This document shows, piece by piece, positions 20,066 to 28,164 of a stretch of DNA of 64,000 nt; within the stretch, counting starts at the first letter, position 1, and each line of letters begins with the position of its first letter. The stretch comes from Bdellovibrio sp. (lineage in GTDB: Bacteria; Bdellovibrionota; UBA1018). The stretch spans positions 8,471 to 72,470 of the forward strand of contig JACPOE010000012.1 of the NCBI GenBank assembly GCA_016185105.1, written 5' to 3'. The notes below the pieces were generated by a model. It was not told where the DNA came from, did not search any database, and saw only the letters and a program-made list of their open reading frames with translations. The position numbers and the translations under genes were made by a program.

Positions 20066-20093
20066 TTGCAATACTATACTATTTTAGTATACT
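20066..20093 (+). promoter_or_regulatory. sigma70-type promoter overlapped by an inverted repeat (operator-like)
   Basis: TTGCAA-N16-TATACT; TATACTA-TTT-TAGTATA at 20075-20091. Confidence 0.55.
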
Positions 20094-20123
20094 TTTATTA
20101 AGCTAACCCTTTTAGAGGAAACT

Positions 20124-20189
20124 ATGCGGGAACTTGTGTCGCTTAGCGTTATGATTTGGAGTCTGACTCTGATTTCGATCTATTTCTGA
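20124..20189 (+). CDS. 21-aa hydrophobic peptide MRELVSLSVMIWSLTLISIYF
   Basis: GAGGAA RBS, ATG, single TM-like helix, promoter upstream, terminator downstream. Confidence 0.5.
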   Translation: MRELVSLSVMIWSLTLISIYF

Positions 20190-20214
20190 CTAAAGGACAG
20201 GCAGACTTAGAAAG

Positions 20215-20257
20215 AAAAAGAGCAAACCGGGGTTGCCCTCGATTTGCTCCCTTTTTT
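20215..20257. terminator. Bidirectional intrinsic terminator between the peptide gene and recA
   Basis: A-run, GAGCAAACCGGGG/CCCTCGATTTGCTC stem, T-run. Confidence 0.75.
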
Positions 20258-20291
20258 AATGATTGTTACCGGCTCTATGAGGTCTAGAGCT

Positions 20292-21458
20292 TTACTTCTT
20301 CATCGGTGCTTTATTGGGGGCTGCCGCCGCGGGAGCAGCCTTTGCCGCCGTCGGTGCACCAACCGCTGCTGCTGCCGAAGCTGCAGGCGCCGATGGACTC
20401 GAAGCATCTGCTTTTTGCTGTGGGAGTTGAATCCCAGCTTTCTTCAGCACTTCTTCCCTGATCGTTTTCAAATGATGAGGATGCTCTTTTAGGTAGTTTC
20501 TCGCATTCTCACGCCCTTGCCCGATCCGTTCGTCTTTGTAGGTGTACCAAGTACCGCTTTTTTCAATGACATTCAGATTGGCAGCTAGATCCAAAAGGTC
20601 TCCTTCTTTGGAAATCCCTTCACCATACAAAATATCAAATTCAACTTCCTTAAACGGAGGTGCCATTTTGTTCTTAACGACTTTAACTCGGGTCCTGTTA
20701 CCGATCACATTTTCGCCGTCTTTCAAAGCCGCTATTCTTCGAATATCGAGTCGAACTGAAGAATAGAACTTCAAAGCATTTCCACCTGTCGTGGTTTCAG
20801 GATTGCCAAACATGACACCAATTTTCATTCGAATCTGATTAATAAAAATAACCAAGGTTCTGCTGCGATTGATGGTCCCTGTCAGCTTTCTCAGTGCTTG
20901 ACTCATTAGCCTAGCTTGGAGACCCATATGAGAATCTCCCATTTCACCTTCAATTTCGGCTCGCGGTACCAGAGCAGCGACTGAGTCTACAACTAGAAGA
21001 TCAATCCCACCGGAACGCACTAGCATATCTGCAATTTCCAAAGCTTGTTCACCAGTATCAGGCTGTGAAATCAAAAGATCATCGGTGCGAACTCCGAGCT
21101 TTCTTGCATAGTTCACATCTAGTGCATGCTCAGCATCCACAAAGGCAGCAACGCCTCCCTGTTTTTGAACCTCAGCCACGGCATGCAAAGTAAGGGTAGT
21201 TTTCCCAGAGGCTTCTGGCCCATAGATCTCAACAATTCTTCCTCGCGGAAACCCACCAATACCCAAAGCAATATCTAAACTCAAAGAGCCAGAAGGAACG
21301 GCACTGACATCCTGAGACACTAGAGATTCATTCATGCCCAAGCGCATGATTGATCCTTTGCCAAACTGCTTTTCAATCGCCTGAACTGCCAGATCGATTG
21401 CTTTATTTTTCTGTCCTTGTGCAGATTCTAGACCGGCACGCCTTTCCTGAACTTCCAT
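20292..21458 (-). CDS. recA: Recombinase RecA
   Basis: [63 protein letters not shown] before MEVQE. Confidence 0.99.
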   Translation of the reverse strand: MEVQERRAGLESAQGQKNKAIDLAVQAIEKQFGKGSIMRLGMNESLVSQDVSAVPSGSLSLDIALGIGGFPRGRIVEIYGPEASGKTTLTLHAVAEVQKQGGVAAFVDAEHALDVNYARKLGVRTDDLLISQPDTGEQALEIADMLVRSGGIDLLVVDSVAALVPRAEIEGEMGDSHMGLQARLMSQALRKLTGTINRSRTLVIFINQIRMKIGVMFGNPETTTGGNALKFYSSVRLDIRRIAALKDGENVIGNRTRVKVVKNKMAPPFKEVEFDILYGEGISKEGDLLDLAANLNVIEKSGTWYTYKDERIGQGRENARNYLKEHPHHLKTIREEVLKKAGIQLPQQKADASSPSAPAASAAAAVGAPTAAKAAPAAAAPNKAPMKK

Positions 21459-21533
21459 CTTCACTTCTCCTTTGTTGATTTGGCAAAGGCTCTGACTGAG
21501 ACCTTTTTGCACTTCTTTCTTTGCAATTTATGA

Positions 21534-21549
21534 AGCAACGAACGTACCA
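21534..21549 (-). promoter_or_regulatory. Putative sigma54 promoter of recA
   Basis: Minus strand TGGTACGTTCGTTGCT, GG-N10-GC with canonical TTGC. Confidence 0.7.
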
Positions 21550-21740
21550 CAAAAAAAAGAGCCTTCACCGAGAAAACCAGGCCCTGTAAAGAAATCCAGG
21601 CTGTAAGTCAGACTCAGTGTCTCAAAATTAGACGAAAAATTGAAAGAGTCGGTTTTCCCCCAGTTGACCAGACCAGTACCGTATCCGTTTTCAAATCCAG
21701 ATTGATGCTGTACCTCTAATTCGGATAAGCTTCCCCTAAG

Positions 21741-22985
21741 ATGAACAAAATCTTAGTTTCGGTGCTAAAAGCAAAATACGATTTTCGACCGGATGTGTTG
21801 GATATTATCATTGGCGGCAGGTCTTCCATTGACTCGGCCGAGGCCTTTCGAGTTCAAAACTTGGAGGAGACTCATCGCTTCATTGCCAGCTATGGGTATG
21901 ATCTCGATGACCCAATTGAAAAAGCTGAGGTTCTTGGAAATTACCACGAGGCTTTGAATTTCATCCGCAAGACCTTTTTACAACCCGACAACCCTGATGG
22001 CTTGAAGTTAGAAATTCCAAGGAAACTTTTAGAATTAGCAGATGTGAGAGAGCTTTTCCTTTTGGTGAGCATGAATTATCCAGGCCAGAGCTCAGACAGT
22101 GCCGGTAAACTCCTGAAAAACTGGGCTTGCAGCGTCTTGAAAGTAATGCACACAATTGCCCACATTGACAAGGACATGAGGACGTCTTACTTCCCAGATA
22201 TTCAAAAACAGATTTTAGATCGCTATTATAAATTTATTCACCGCGACGACGAGGGTCGTCTTTTTATGGGCGAGAGTCCAGATGACCCACTCAGAGTTGA
22301 ATTGGCAGCTTTTGAAACTAAACCTAAGAAATCAAGAAACTCCACTCTCCTCAAACTCCTCCACAAACCAGAGAATGTAGCTGAAGAGTTATTTGATCGG
22401 GTGGGGATTCGTTTTACCACGCAGACTCCACTTGGAACTCTGCGCGTCTTAAAATTTTTAAAAGATAAAATGATTCTCATGCCACCCAATATCAAGCCCA
22501 GCCGTTCCCGCAACACCCTCATTCAAGTAGAAAAATTCAAAGCAACACTGAAAGACGTTTTTGAAAGGGCGGAAAGGGAAGAGCTTACTGAAACACAAGT
22601 TCTTGCAGAACTCGAAGCAGCAGCACACCCCCCGGACGCAAACCCGGAAAACCCGCACTCGAGCGAATTTTACCGCTCTATTCAATTTACATCGCGACAG
22701 TTAATTAAATTAAGGAACCCCGTATTTGACGAACTGAAAGAGCTTAAGACTATTGCCCGCACGAAACCCCCTGGCGAGGAAATCACTAAAATCCTCGAAA
22801 GGATTGATTTAAAGAATATTCAGCGGGAAATCCGATTCTTCTATCCGTTTGAAGTTCAATTGATGGATCTAAAAAGTGCCGAAGAAAATGAGAAGGGACG
22901 CAGCGCCCACAGCGAGTACAAGAAAGCCCAGATTTCCACAGCAATGAAACGTGTCATGGGAAGCTTGTTTGATGGCGCTCGATAG
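21741..22985 (+). CDS. TIGR04552/TIGR04562-like protein with RelA/SpoT-type nucleotidyltransferase motifs
   Basis: KKSRNSTLLKL, LFDRVGIRF, FYRSIQF, FEVQL, SAHSEYK parallel the synthetase motifs. Confidence 0.75.
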   Translation: MNKILVSVLKAKYDFRPDVLDIIIGGRSSIDSAEAFRVQNLEETHRFIASYGYDLDDPIEKAEVLGNYHEALNFIRKTFLQPDNPDGLKLEIPRKLLELADVRELFLLVSMNYPGQSSDSAGKLLKNWACSVLKVMHTIAHIDKDMRTSYFPDIQKQILDRYYKFIHRDDEGRLFMGESPDDPLRVELAAFETKPKKSRNSTLLKLLHKPENVAEELFDRVGIRFTTQTPLGTLRVLKFLKDKMILMPPNIKPSRSRNTLIQVEKFKATLKDVFERAEREELTETQVLAELEAAAHPPDANPENPHSSEFYRSIQFTSRQLIKLRNPVFDELKELKTIARTKPPGEEITKILERIDLKNIQREIRFFYPFEVQLMDLKSAEENEKGRSAHSEYKKAQISTAMKRVMGSLFDGAR

Positions 22986-24189
22986 CGACGTTGCTCTTTT
23001 AGGAACAGGAGTGGCCCCTCTGATTGCGGCAAACCATTTGCTAAGTCAGGGAAAGTCCGTCCTATTACTCAACCCAGATCTTGATTTTTTTCTTGAAGAC
23101 TCTGAGCTTTCACTCGATCCGCTTTTACATGGGAAGATCACCCTGGATCGGATCCAAAAGAGCACCCCTCAAAAAGCTCTTGCCACGCTGAGACCCGATT
23201 TTCCGGGTCCTTTGGAGTTCTGGACTTCCCATATGCAAAAAAAAAAACAGGGATTCCACGACCCAACAGCCCCGCATTTGCGCGAAAGGGATCGACTTTG
23301 GATCATGCCAGATCAAGGATCCCAAGACTTGAGTTGGAGCGAACTTGAAAATCTTTATGTCGAAGCAGAGGACTCTGGACTCAACCCCCAGATCCTGGAT
23401 GGTTTCAGCGCTACAAGAAAATTCCCCGGTAGCACTTCCAGTCAACCAGGCTTCCGAGGTTTGCTGATTCCCAAACTCTGCGACCTCGACATCATGCGCT
23501 ATCGTATTGGGTTGATGGAATTCATTCGAGAACGGCTAGGACCTAAGAACGTCGTTTGTGCGGTGAACCAGCTCGATTGGCTGCCCGGTGGAATTCGATT
23601 TAGGGCTGGAAAAACTGTGACCACCGCTCAATTGGGGCTCGGGCTTTTAGTTTTTTGGACCCCGCGTTTAACCAGCTGGATTTTTGGACAGAGCCGATCT
23701 TTTGAGGTGAGACCTCCCAGCCCCCTAGGTATTCGACTCTGGGAAGAATGGTCTTTAATTTCCCGTGATCCGCCAAATCCACAAGTGATTGGTAATTTTT
23801 CGGATCTGACCGTTTGGGCAGACTATGAAGGACCACCCTCAGTAGACCCCAATCGGACTTCTCGCTTAAGCGCTCTAAGACTTGGCCCGCTAGTCACTAA
23901 ACTCGCACAACATCCAACCGATAATCAGTCGAATTGGGCATCCTCAGAGTCCTTCTATTCTCTGGCCCGTCTGACTCAAGATTTCTTAAATTGGAATCAC
24001 ACAACCATTCGAGGAATGAAAGCAAAGGCGATTTTTGAATGGAAGGATGAAACTCCGTGGACTATGTGCAAGACTCACCCCCGTATCGAAATTGTCAGAG
24101 GGTGTGACGGCCCGCTGGTAGATGTGGTTCGAACGGCCAAAGCTTCCTGCGATCGAATCCTTACGGAGGACAATGAACTTCTCAATTAG
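22972..24189 (+). CDS. Divergent DAO-family-like FAD oxidoreductase
   Basis: N-terminal DVALLGTGVAPLIAANHL..QGKSVLLL (degenerate Rossmann); overlaps both neighbours. Confidence 0.55.
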   Translation: MALDSDVALLGTGVAPLIAANHLLSQGKSVLLLNPDLDFFLEDSELSLDPLLHGKITLDRIQKSTPQKALATLRPDFPGPLEFWTSHMQKKKQGFHDPTAPHLRERDRLWIMPDQGSQDLSWSELENLYVEAEDSGLNPQILDGFSATRKFPGSTSSQPGFRGLLIPKLCDLDIMRYRIGLMEFIRERLGPKNVVCAVNQLDWLPGGIRFRAGKTVTTAQLGLGLLVFWTPRLTSWIFGQSRSFEVRPPSPLGIRLWEEWSLISRDPPNPQVIGNFSDLTVWADYEGPPSVDPNRTSRLSALRLGPLVTKLAQHPTDNQSNWASSESFYSLARLTQDFLNWNHTTIRGMKAKAIFEWKDETPWTMCKTHPRIEIVRGCDGPLVDVVRTAKASCDRILTEDNELLN

Positions 24190-26254
24190 AGATGGAAAAT
24201 TCGATCTTGTCATTCTTGGAGGCCCTCGAACTGAATTGTGGCCCTCCCCAGGGGTGCGCGTTCTTTCTACCTTGTGCGCAGAAGCGGGCCTGAGTGTGGG
24301 GCAATACGGAGGCGACTCGATTACAGTGCGAGGAATTGTTCCTTCATCTGGAACCGGAGGAATCGCAATTATCGAGGACAATCAGCATCGCATCCATCGG
24401 ATTCGAGCCCGCGCTATTGTCCGGGTCCTACCCGAGTCTCACTGGCCCGACCCCTTTGCTGGGTGGTTTTCTCCAGGCCTCATTCCTCTTCCCACGGCAG
24501 AAAAACTTTTTCGAGAAAGTGAGCTTCTTTGGGAACCGACCGTTGTGATCTTAGGATCAGGAAATTCTGCACTCCAATTTGGAACTTCACTCTTAGAAGC
24601 AGGCACGGAAGAGGTCCTGTCGATTGAGACCGCCTCAGGAGAGTGGGGAAAAAAGCCGATTTCGGGATGGGAAGTGCACCAACGTCGCTTTGAAATGGCC
24701 GGCGGTAAAATCCTTCAAGCGCGACCGGTGGAACTCGTCAACAAGGGGCCGATGAGCTGGCTCTTCCGGGTAAAGGACGCACAGGGAATCCGTGTCATCG
24801 AAACTACGCGAGTGGTCTCTGTCGGGCCTTTTCGAAATCAAATCGGCATTCGTGAACATCCTCCTGGATCTTGCCTCTATGAAATGGACCAAACTGCAAG
24901 CGCACTGCTCCAACAAGACGTGGAAGGTTGGCTTCTAGAAGAAGAACGCGGGAAGTGGCTTGCCGGAAAAATTGTTCGAGCGCTGGCTCTCAATCTTTCA
25001 AAAAAGAGCGAACTGGATCGCCTGGTTCGAAAAGCTCGCACCCGTTTGAAGCACTATTTTGACCACAGAGAATTTCCCCACCAGTCCACCTTTGAGGGCA
25101 AATGGCTTTCAATCGCAGAGAAAAAATTTGTTCATAATTTTGGTGGAGTCCCAAAAACAAAACAGCTGAGCGCCCCAGTGGCTTCAGTCGAATGCTTCGA
25201 AGATATCTCGTGTCAGATCTGCGAGAAAGTTTGCCCAACCAGCGCAATTTCAATCGGCCCAGAAGCCAGAAAGACCAACCAGATTCTTAAGGAAAGCCTT
25301 TGTACTGCGTGCGGCCTTTGTCTACGCACCTGTCCGAGCTCTGCGATCATCATGATCAAAGAAGCTGAAAACAAGCCCACCTCACAAATCACTTTACCGT
25401 GGTTTGGAAAACGTCCATGGCGAGTGGGAGAATCAGCAGTGTTGATGAATCGGCAGGGTGAGGCCCTCGGTTCGGCTCGAGTCAGCAAGGTCGACCCAGA
25501 AGCCGACACGCCGGAATTTTCGGCTAAGATCCGAAGCGCTGAAACCTCTCAACTTGTTCAACTTGAGGTCCCATCCCACTTAGCTTGGGAAGCTAGAGGC
25601 ATTCGAAGAAATCGAGCAAAGGCGACCGAAGATGAAGCCTACCTTTCTGCGGTCAATCGCTCTTCCTCACGAAGTGAAAAGGTTGAAGTTCTTATGAATG
25701 GCGAAAAGAGATGGGTTCGTGACCGCATTTCCATTTCTGTCGCGCTTTTTGAGACGGGGCAAAATCGTGCAGCAGACAATCTCCTCTGCAAGGATGGCTC
25801 CTGCGGCTTATGTCAAATTTCAGTGGATGGAGTTTCCAAATTGGCTTGCCAGACCAAGATTCATCGAGGGATGTCGATTCGAACGTCCGATCCGAAAGTC
25901 TTAGCAAACGAAATTGAAGACAAATCGAGCCCTCGAGGTCACTTGAAATTGGAAGGCTGGGGGCCTAGCCCGATCATCACACCTCCGCATGTCGGAGTTC
26001 AAGCAGAGCCCCCTCCTTCGAATGCGCTCTGCCCTTGCTTGGGCATCACTCTGGAAAAAGTCATTGAACGACTCAAACAAGGCGAAATTCATTCTCCCGA
26101 AGCTCTAAGGGCGATTACCCACGTCGGAGAAGGGAAATGCCATGGACAAATTTGTATGCCCGCTTTTATCCGAGCGATGAAGGAAAACGGAATCCCTGTT
26201 TCACAGTGGATCGACTGGAGATTTCCTTGGTCGGACTGGAAGGTTCATTCCTGA
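24173..26254 (+). CDS. Multidomain flavo/Fe-S oxidoreductase: FAD/NAD domain + 2x[4Fe-4S] + [2Fe-2S] + BFD-like
   Basis: VVILGSGNSA; CQICEKVCP and CTACGLCLRTCP; CKDGSCGLC..ACQT; CPC..GEGKCHGQIC; GGAGG RBS. Confidence 0.8.
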   Translation: MNFSIRDGKFDLVILGGPRTELWPSPGVRVLSTLCAEAGLSVGQYGGDSITVRGIVPSSGTGGIAIIEDNQHRIHRIRARAIVRVLPESHWPDPFAGWFSPGLIPLPTAEKLFRESELLWEPTVVILGSGNSALQFGTSLLEAGTEEVLSIETASGEWGKKPISGWEVHQRRFEMAGGKILQARPVELVNKGPMSWLFRVKDAQGIRVIETTRVVSVGPFRNQIGIREHPPGSCLYEMDQTASALLQQDVEGWLLEEERGKWLAGKIVRALALNLSKKSELDRLVRKARTRLKHYFDHREFPHQSTFEGKWLSIAEKKFVHNFGGVPKTKQLSAPVASVECFEDISCQICEKVCPTSAISIGPEARKTNQILKESLCTACGLCLRTCPSSAIIMIKEAENKPTSQITLPWFGKRPWRVGESAVLMNRQGEALGSARVSKVDPEADTPEFSAKIRSAETSQLVQLEVPSHLAWEARGIRRNRAKATEDEAYLSAVNRSSSRSEKVEVLMNGEKRWVRDRISISVALFETGQNRAADNLLCKDGSCGLCQISVDGVSKLACQTKIHRGMSIRTSDPKVLANEIEDKSSPRGHLKLEGWGPSPIITPPHVGVQAEPPPSNALCPCLGITLEKVIERLKQGEIHSPEALRAITHVGEGKCHGQICMPAFIRAMKENGIPVSQWIDWRFPWSDWKVHS

Positions 26255-26255
26255 C

Positions 26256-27203
26256 CTAGTAATTCAGCTCCTGCAAAAATTTCTCAATCCTTAGATTCAC
26301 CAAATCAGGAAGGTCCATTTGAGGGCAATGGCTGCCATGATGAATGACCTCAAGCTGACTACGAGGAATGAGCTGCTTCATGAGCTCCTGCTGCTCCAAA
26401 GGAATCACTTTGTCCTTCTCACCCGACAAAATGAGCGTCGGAACATGAACGGTATGTAACCATGCAGTCGCATCGTAGGAGTCATAATTTTCAATCAAAT
26501 GAATCAAAATTGCGGGATCTGTATCGGCGACTTGATCGACATAAAGTTCAATATCCGCCTGCGGAGTCAAATGAGGGTTGAACCCCCCCAAACTCACCAA
26601 GGTCCTAGCAATCGGGTTTCCCCGTTGAGTCTTCCAAATGGTCCGAACAAGTTCAGGCGACTTGTCGTAAATCTTTCTTAAAAGTCGAAACCCAGCTTGC
26701 AGAGCATTATTTCTAAAAAGCGTTTCTAATGGGCGTTGAGCCGTCCCATTGGCCAAGACCATCCCCAAGACCCGTTGGGGCTGTTGGCGATAGAAATCCA
26801 ATACTACATTGACCCCCATACTATGGCCCAAAACTACTGCATCAGGAACATTCAGTTCATCTAAGACAGTGATCAGATCCCTAGCAATATTTTCAATGGT
26901 TAGGCTCGAAAGATTCTTTGGGACCTCTGAATTTTGGTGACCGCGGTAATCAAACCAAATCGTCTTATAATGGTTCTTGAAGTGTTCTATTTGATAGGTC
27001 CAATGCAGGCTGGAGCAAACCAGACCGTAGCAAAACACAAGGGGCTTACCCGTCCCCTCGACACTATAGAAAAGTTTCGTGCCGTCGAAGCTCTTTACAT
27101 ACCCGTGGGATATGGGGCGTTGGCCATTGGATCTCTCCCTCTCGGAGACACTTCTTTTTCGAGCCCCAAGAGGACGAGGTTTTGATGGTGCAGAAGTCCG
27201 CAT
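26256..27203 (-). CDS. Alpha/beta hydrolase
   Basis: DYRGHQNS, GHSMG nucleophile elbow, GEKD, GSH. Confidence 0.92.
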   Translation of the reverse strand: MRTSAPSKPRPLGARKRSVSERERSNGQRPISHGYVKSFDGTKLFYSVEGTGKPLVFCYGLVCSSLHWTYQIEHFKNHYKTIWFDYRGHQNSEVPKNLSSLTIENIARDLITVLDELNVPDAVVLGHSMGVNVVLDFYRQQPQRVLGMVLANGTAQRPLETLFRNNALQAGFRLLRKIYDKSPELVRTIWKTQRGNPIARTLVSLGGFNPHLTPQADIELYVDQVADTDPAILIHLIENYDSYDATAWLHTVHVPTLILSGEKDKVIPLEQQELMKQLIPRSQLEVIHHGSHCPQMDLPDLVNLRIEKFLQELNY

Positions 27204-27336
27204 GGAATTTCCCTTACCTGTGGCGGATCTATATCAATGCCAGACGTTTCGGTCAAGCCACCCGCCTATTCACCCCGACGAACAGGCGGGTGCTGTTTGA
27301 TGCACAAACTAAGAATAACCCTTCACGTTAACTTTA

Positions 27337-27783
27337 TTAAGTAGGCAGCACTGTCTTTGGGACTTTCAAGATACTCTCACACACAGTTGCAAATGCCTGT
27401 TTCGTCTTATGGTCTGAACTCCGATAGGCATCATACAGACTACGAACGAACTGATAGTCTTCGGACGCAACTACCAACGTAGGTAGGGCACCCTCGGCTG
27501 GCACGGACTCTAAAGACTTTCCCAACCTGCCGTTCAGCTTTAGCGCGTACTCTTTTTCTAGCAGGTTCATAATCTCTGAATCTGGAGTCATCAAGGCTTT
27601 GGCTAATATCGGAACGTGTACAGGAGGTAGAGGTGTGACGCCTCTTTCTACGTTGGAGATAAACTGTGTGCTCACAGCTGGAGTAAACAGCATCCCCAAT
27701 GCCCGCTGAGACATCCGTAGAGCCTCGCGACGTTTTCGAATGAAATCCCCCACCAATTTCAACCTTTTCATTGAATCAACCAT
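27337..27783 (-). CDS. XRE-family helix-turn-helix regulator
   Basis: GDFIRKRREALRMSQRALG..VSTQFISNVERG..P. Confidence 0.88.
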   Translation of the reverse strand: MVDSMKRLKLVGDFIRKRREALRMSQRALGMLFTPAVSTQFISNVERGVTPLPPVHVPILAKALMTPDSEIMNLLEKEYALKLNGRLGKSLESVPAEGALPTLVVASEDYQFVRSLYDAYRSSDHKTKQAFATVCESILKVPKTVLPT

Positions 27784-27791
27784 ATTTAAAT

Positions 27792-27820
27792 AGTTTAATG
27801 CAGAGCGTTAATCCTGTCAA
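27792..27820 (-). promoter_or_regulatory. sigma70 promoter giving a probably leaderless XRE mRNA
   Basis: TTGACA-N17-TAAACT, then only 8 nt (ATTTAAAT) to the ATG; no SD. Confidence 0.65.
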
Positions 27821-28013
27821 TTAAGCCCCTTAAGTGCTCATATTAATTACACTTTTTTTATATAGTTAATCTGTTACATGAAGACATCGAATCGGATGAT
27901 AAATATCTTAAGTGGAATTTGGTTTAAGTTACATTAACGAACTTAAGTCACAGATCTCAAAAAATACCCTGGCTCAATGTGTTACTTTCTTTTTTATTTT
28001 TACAAAAAAATGT

Positions 28014-28042
28014 TTGACTCGCATCCAGCAAATGATTACTAC
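28014..28042 (+). promoter_or_regulatory. Putative sigma70 promoter of the Q/G-rich protein gene
   Basis: TTGACT-N17-TACTAC preceded by an A/T tract (UP-element-like). Confidence 0.5.
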
Positions 28043-28164
28043 GCGAGAACATAAATCTCTGAATCTCAGAGATTAAACAGCTTGTGTTGGAGAGGGCCGA
28101 CACTATCTCGCTTGTTCAGGAGTTCCCGGGTCTCGTTCCACACCAAATTTAGGGGATATTTACT

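Noticed and set aside
27227..27292. sigma54-like TGGCATTGATATAGA and a GC-rich hairpin upstream of the hydrolase
   Set aside because: No -12 GC, and the hairpin lacks a U-tract on the coding strand; function cannot be supported
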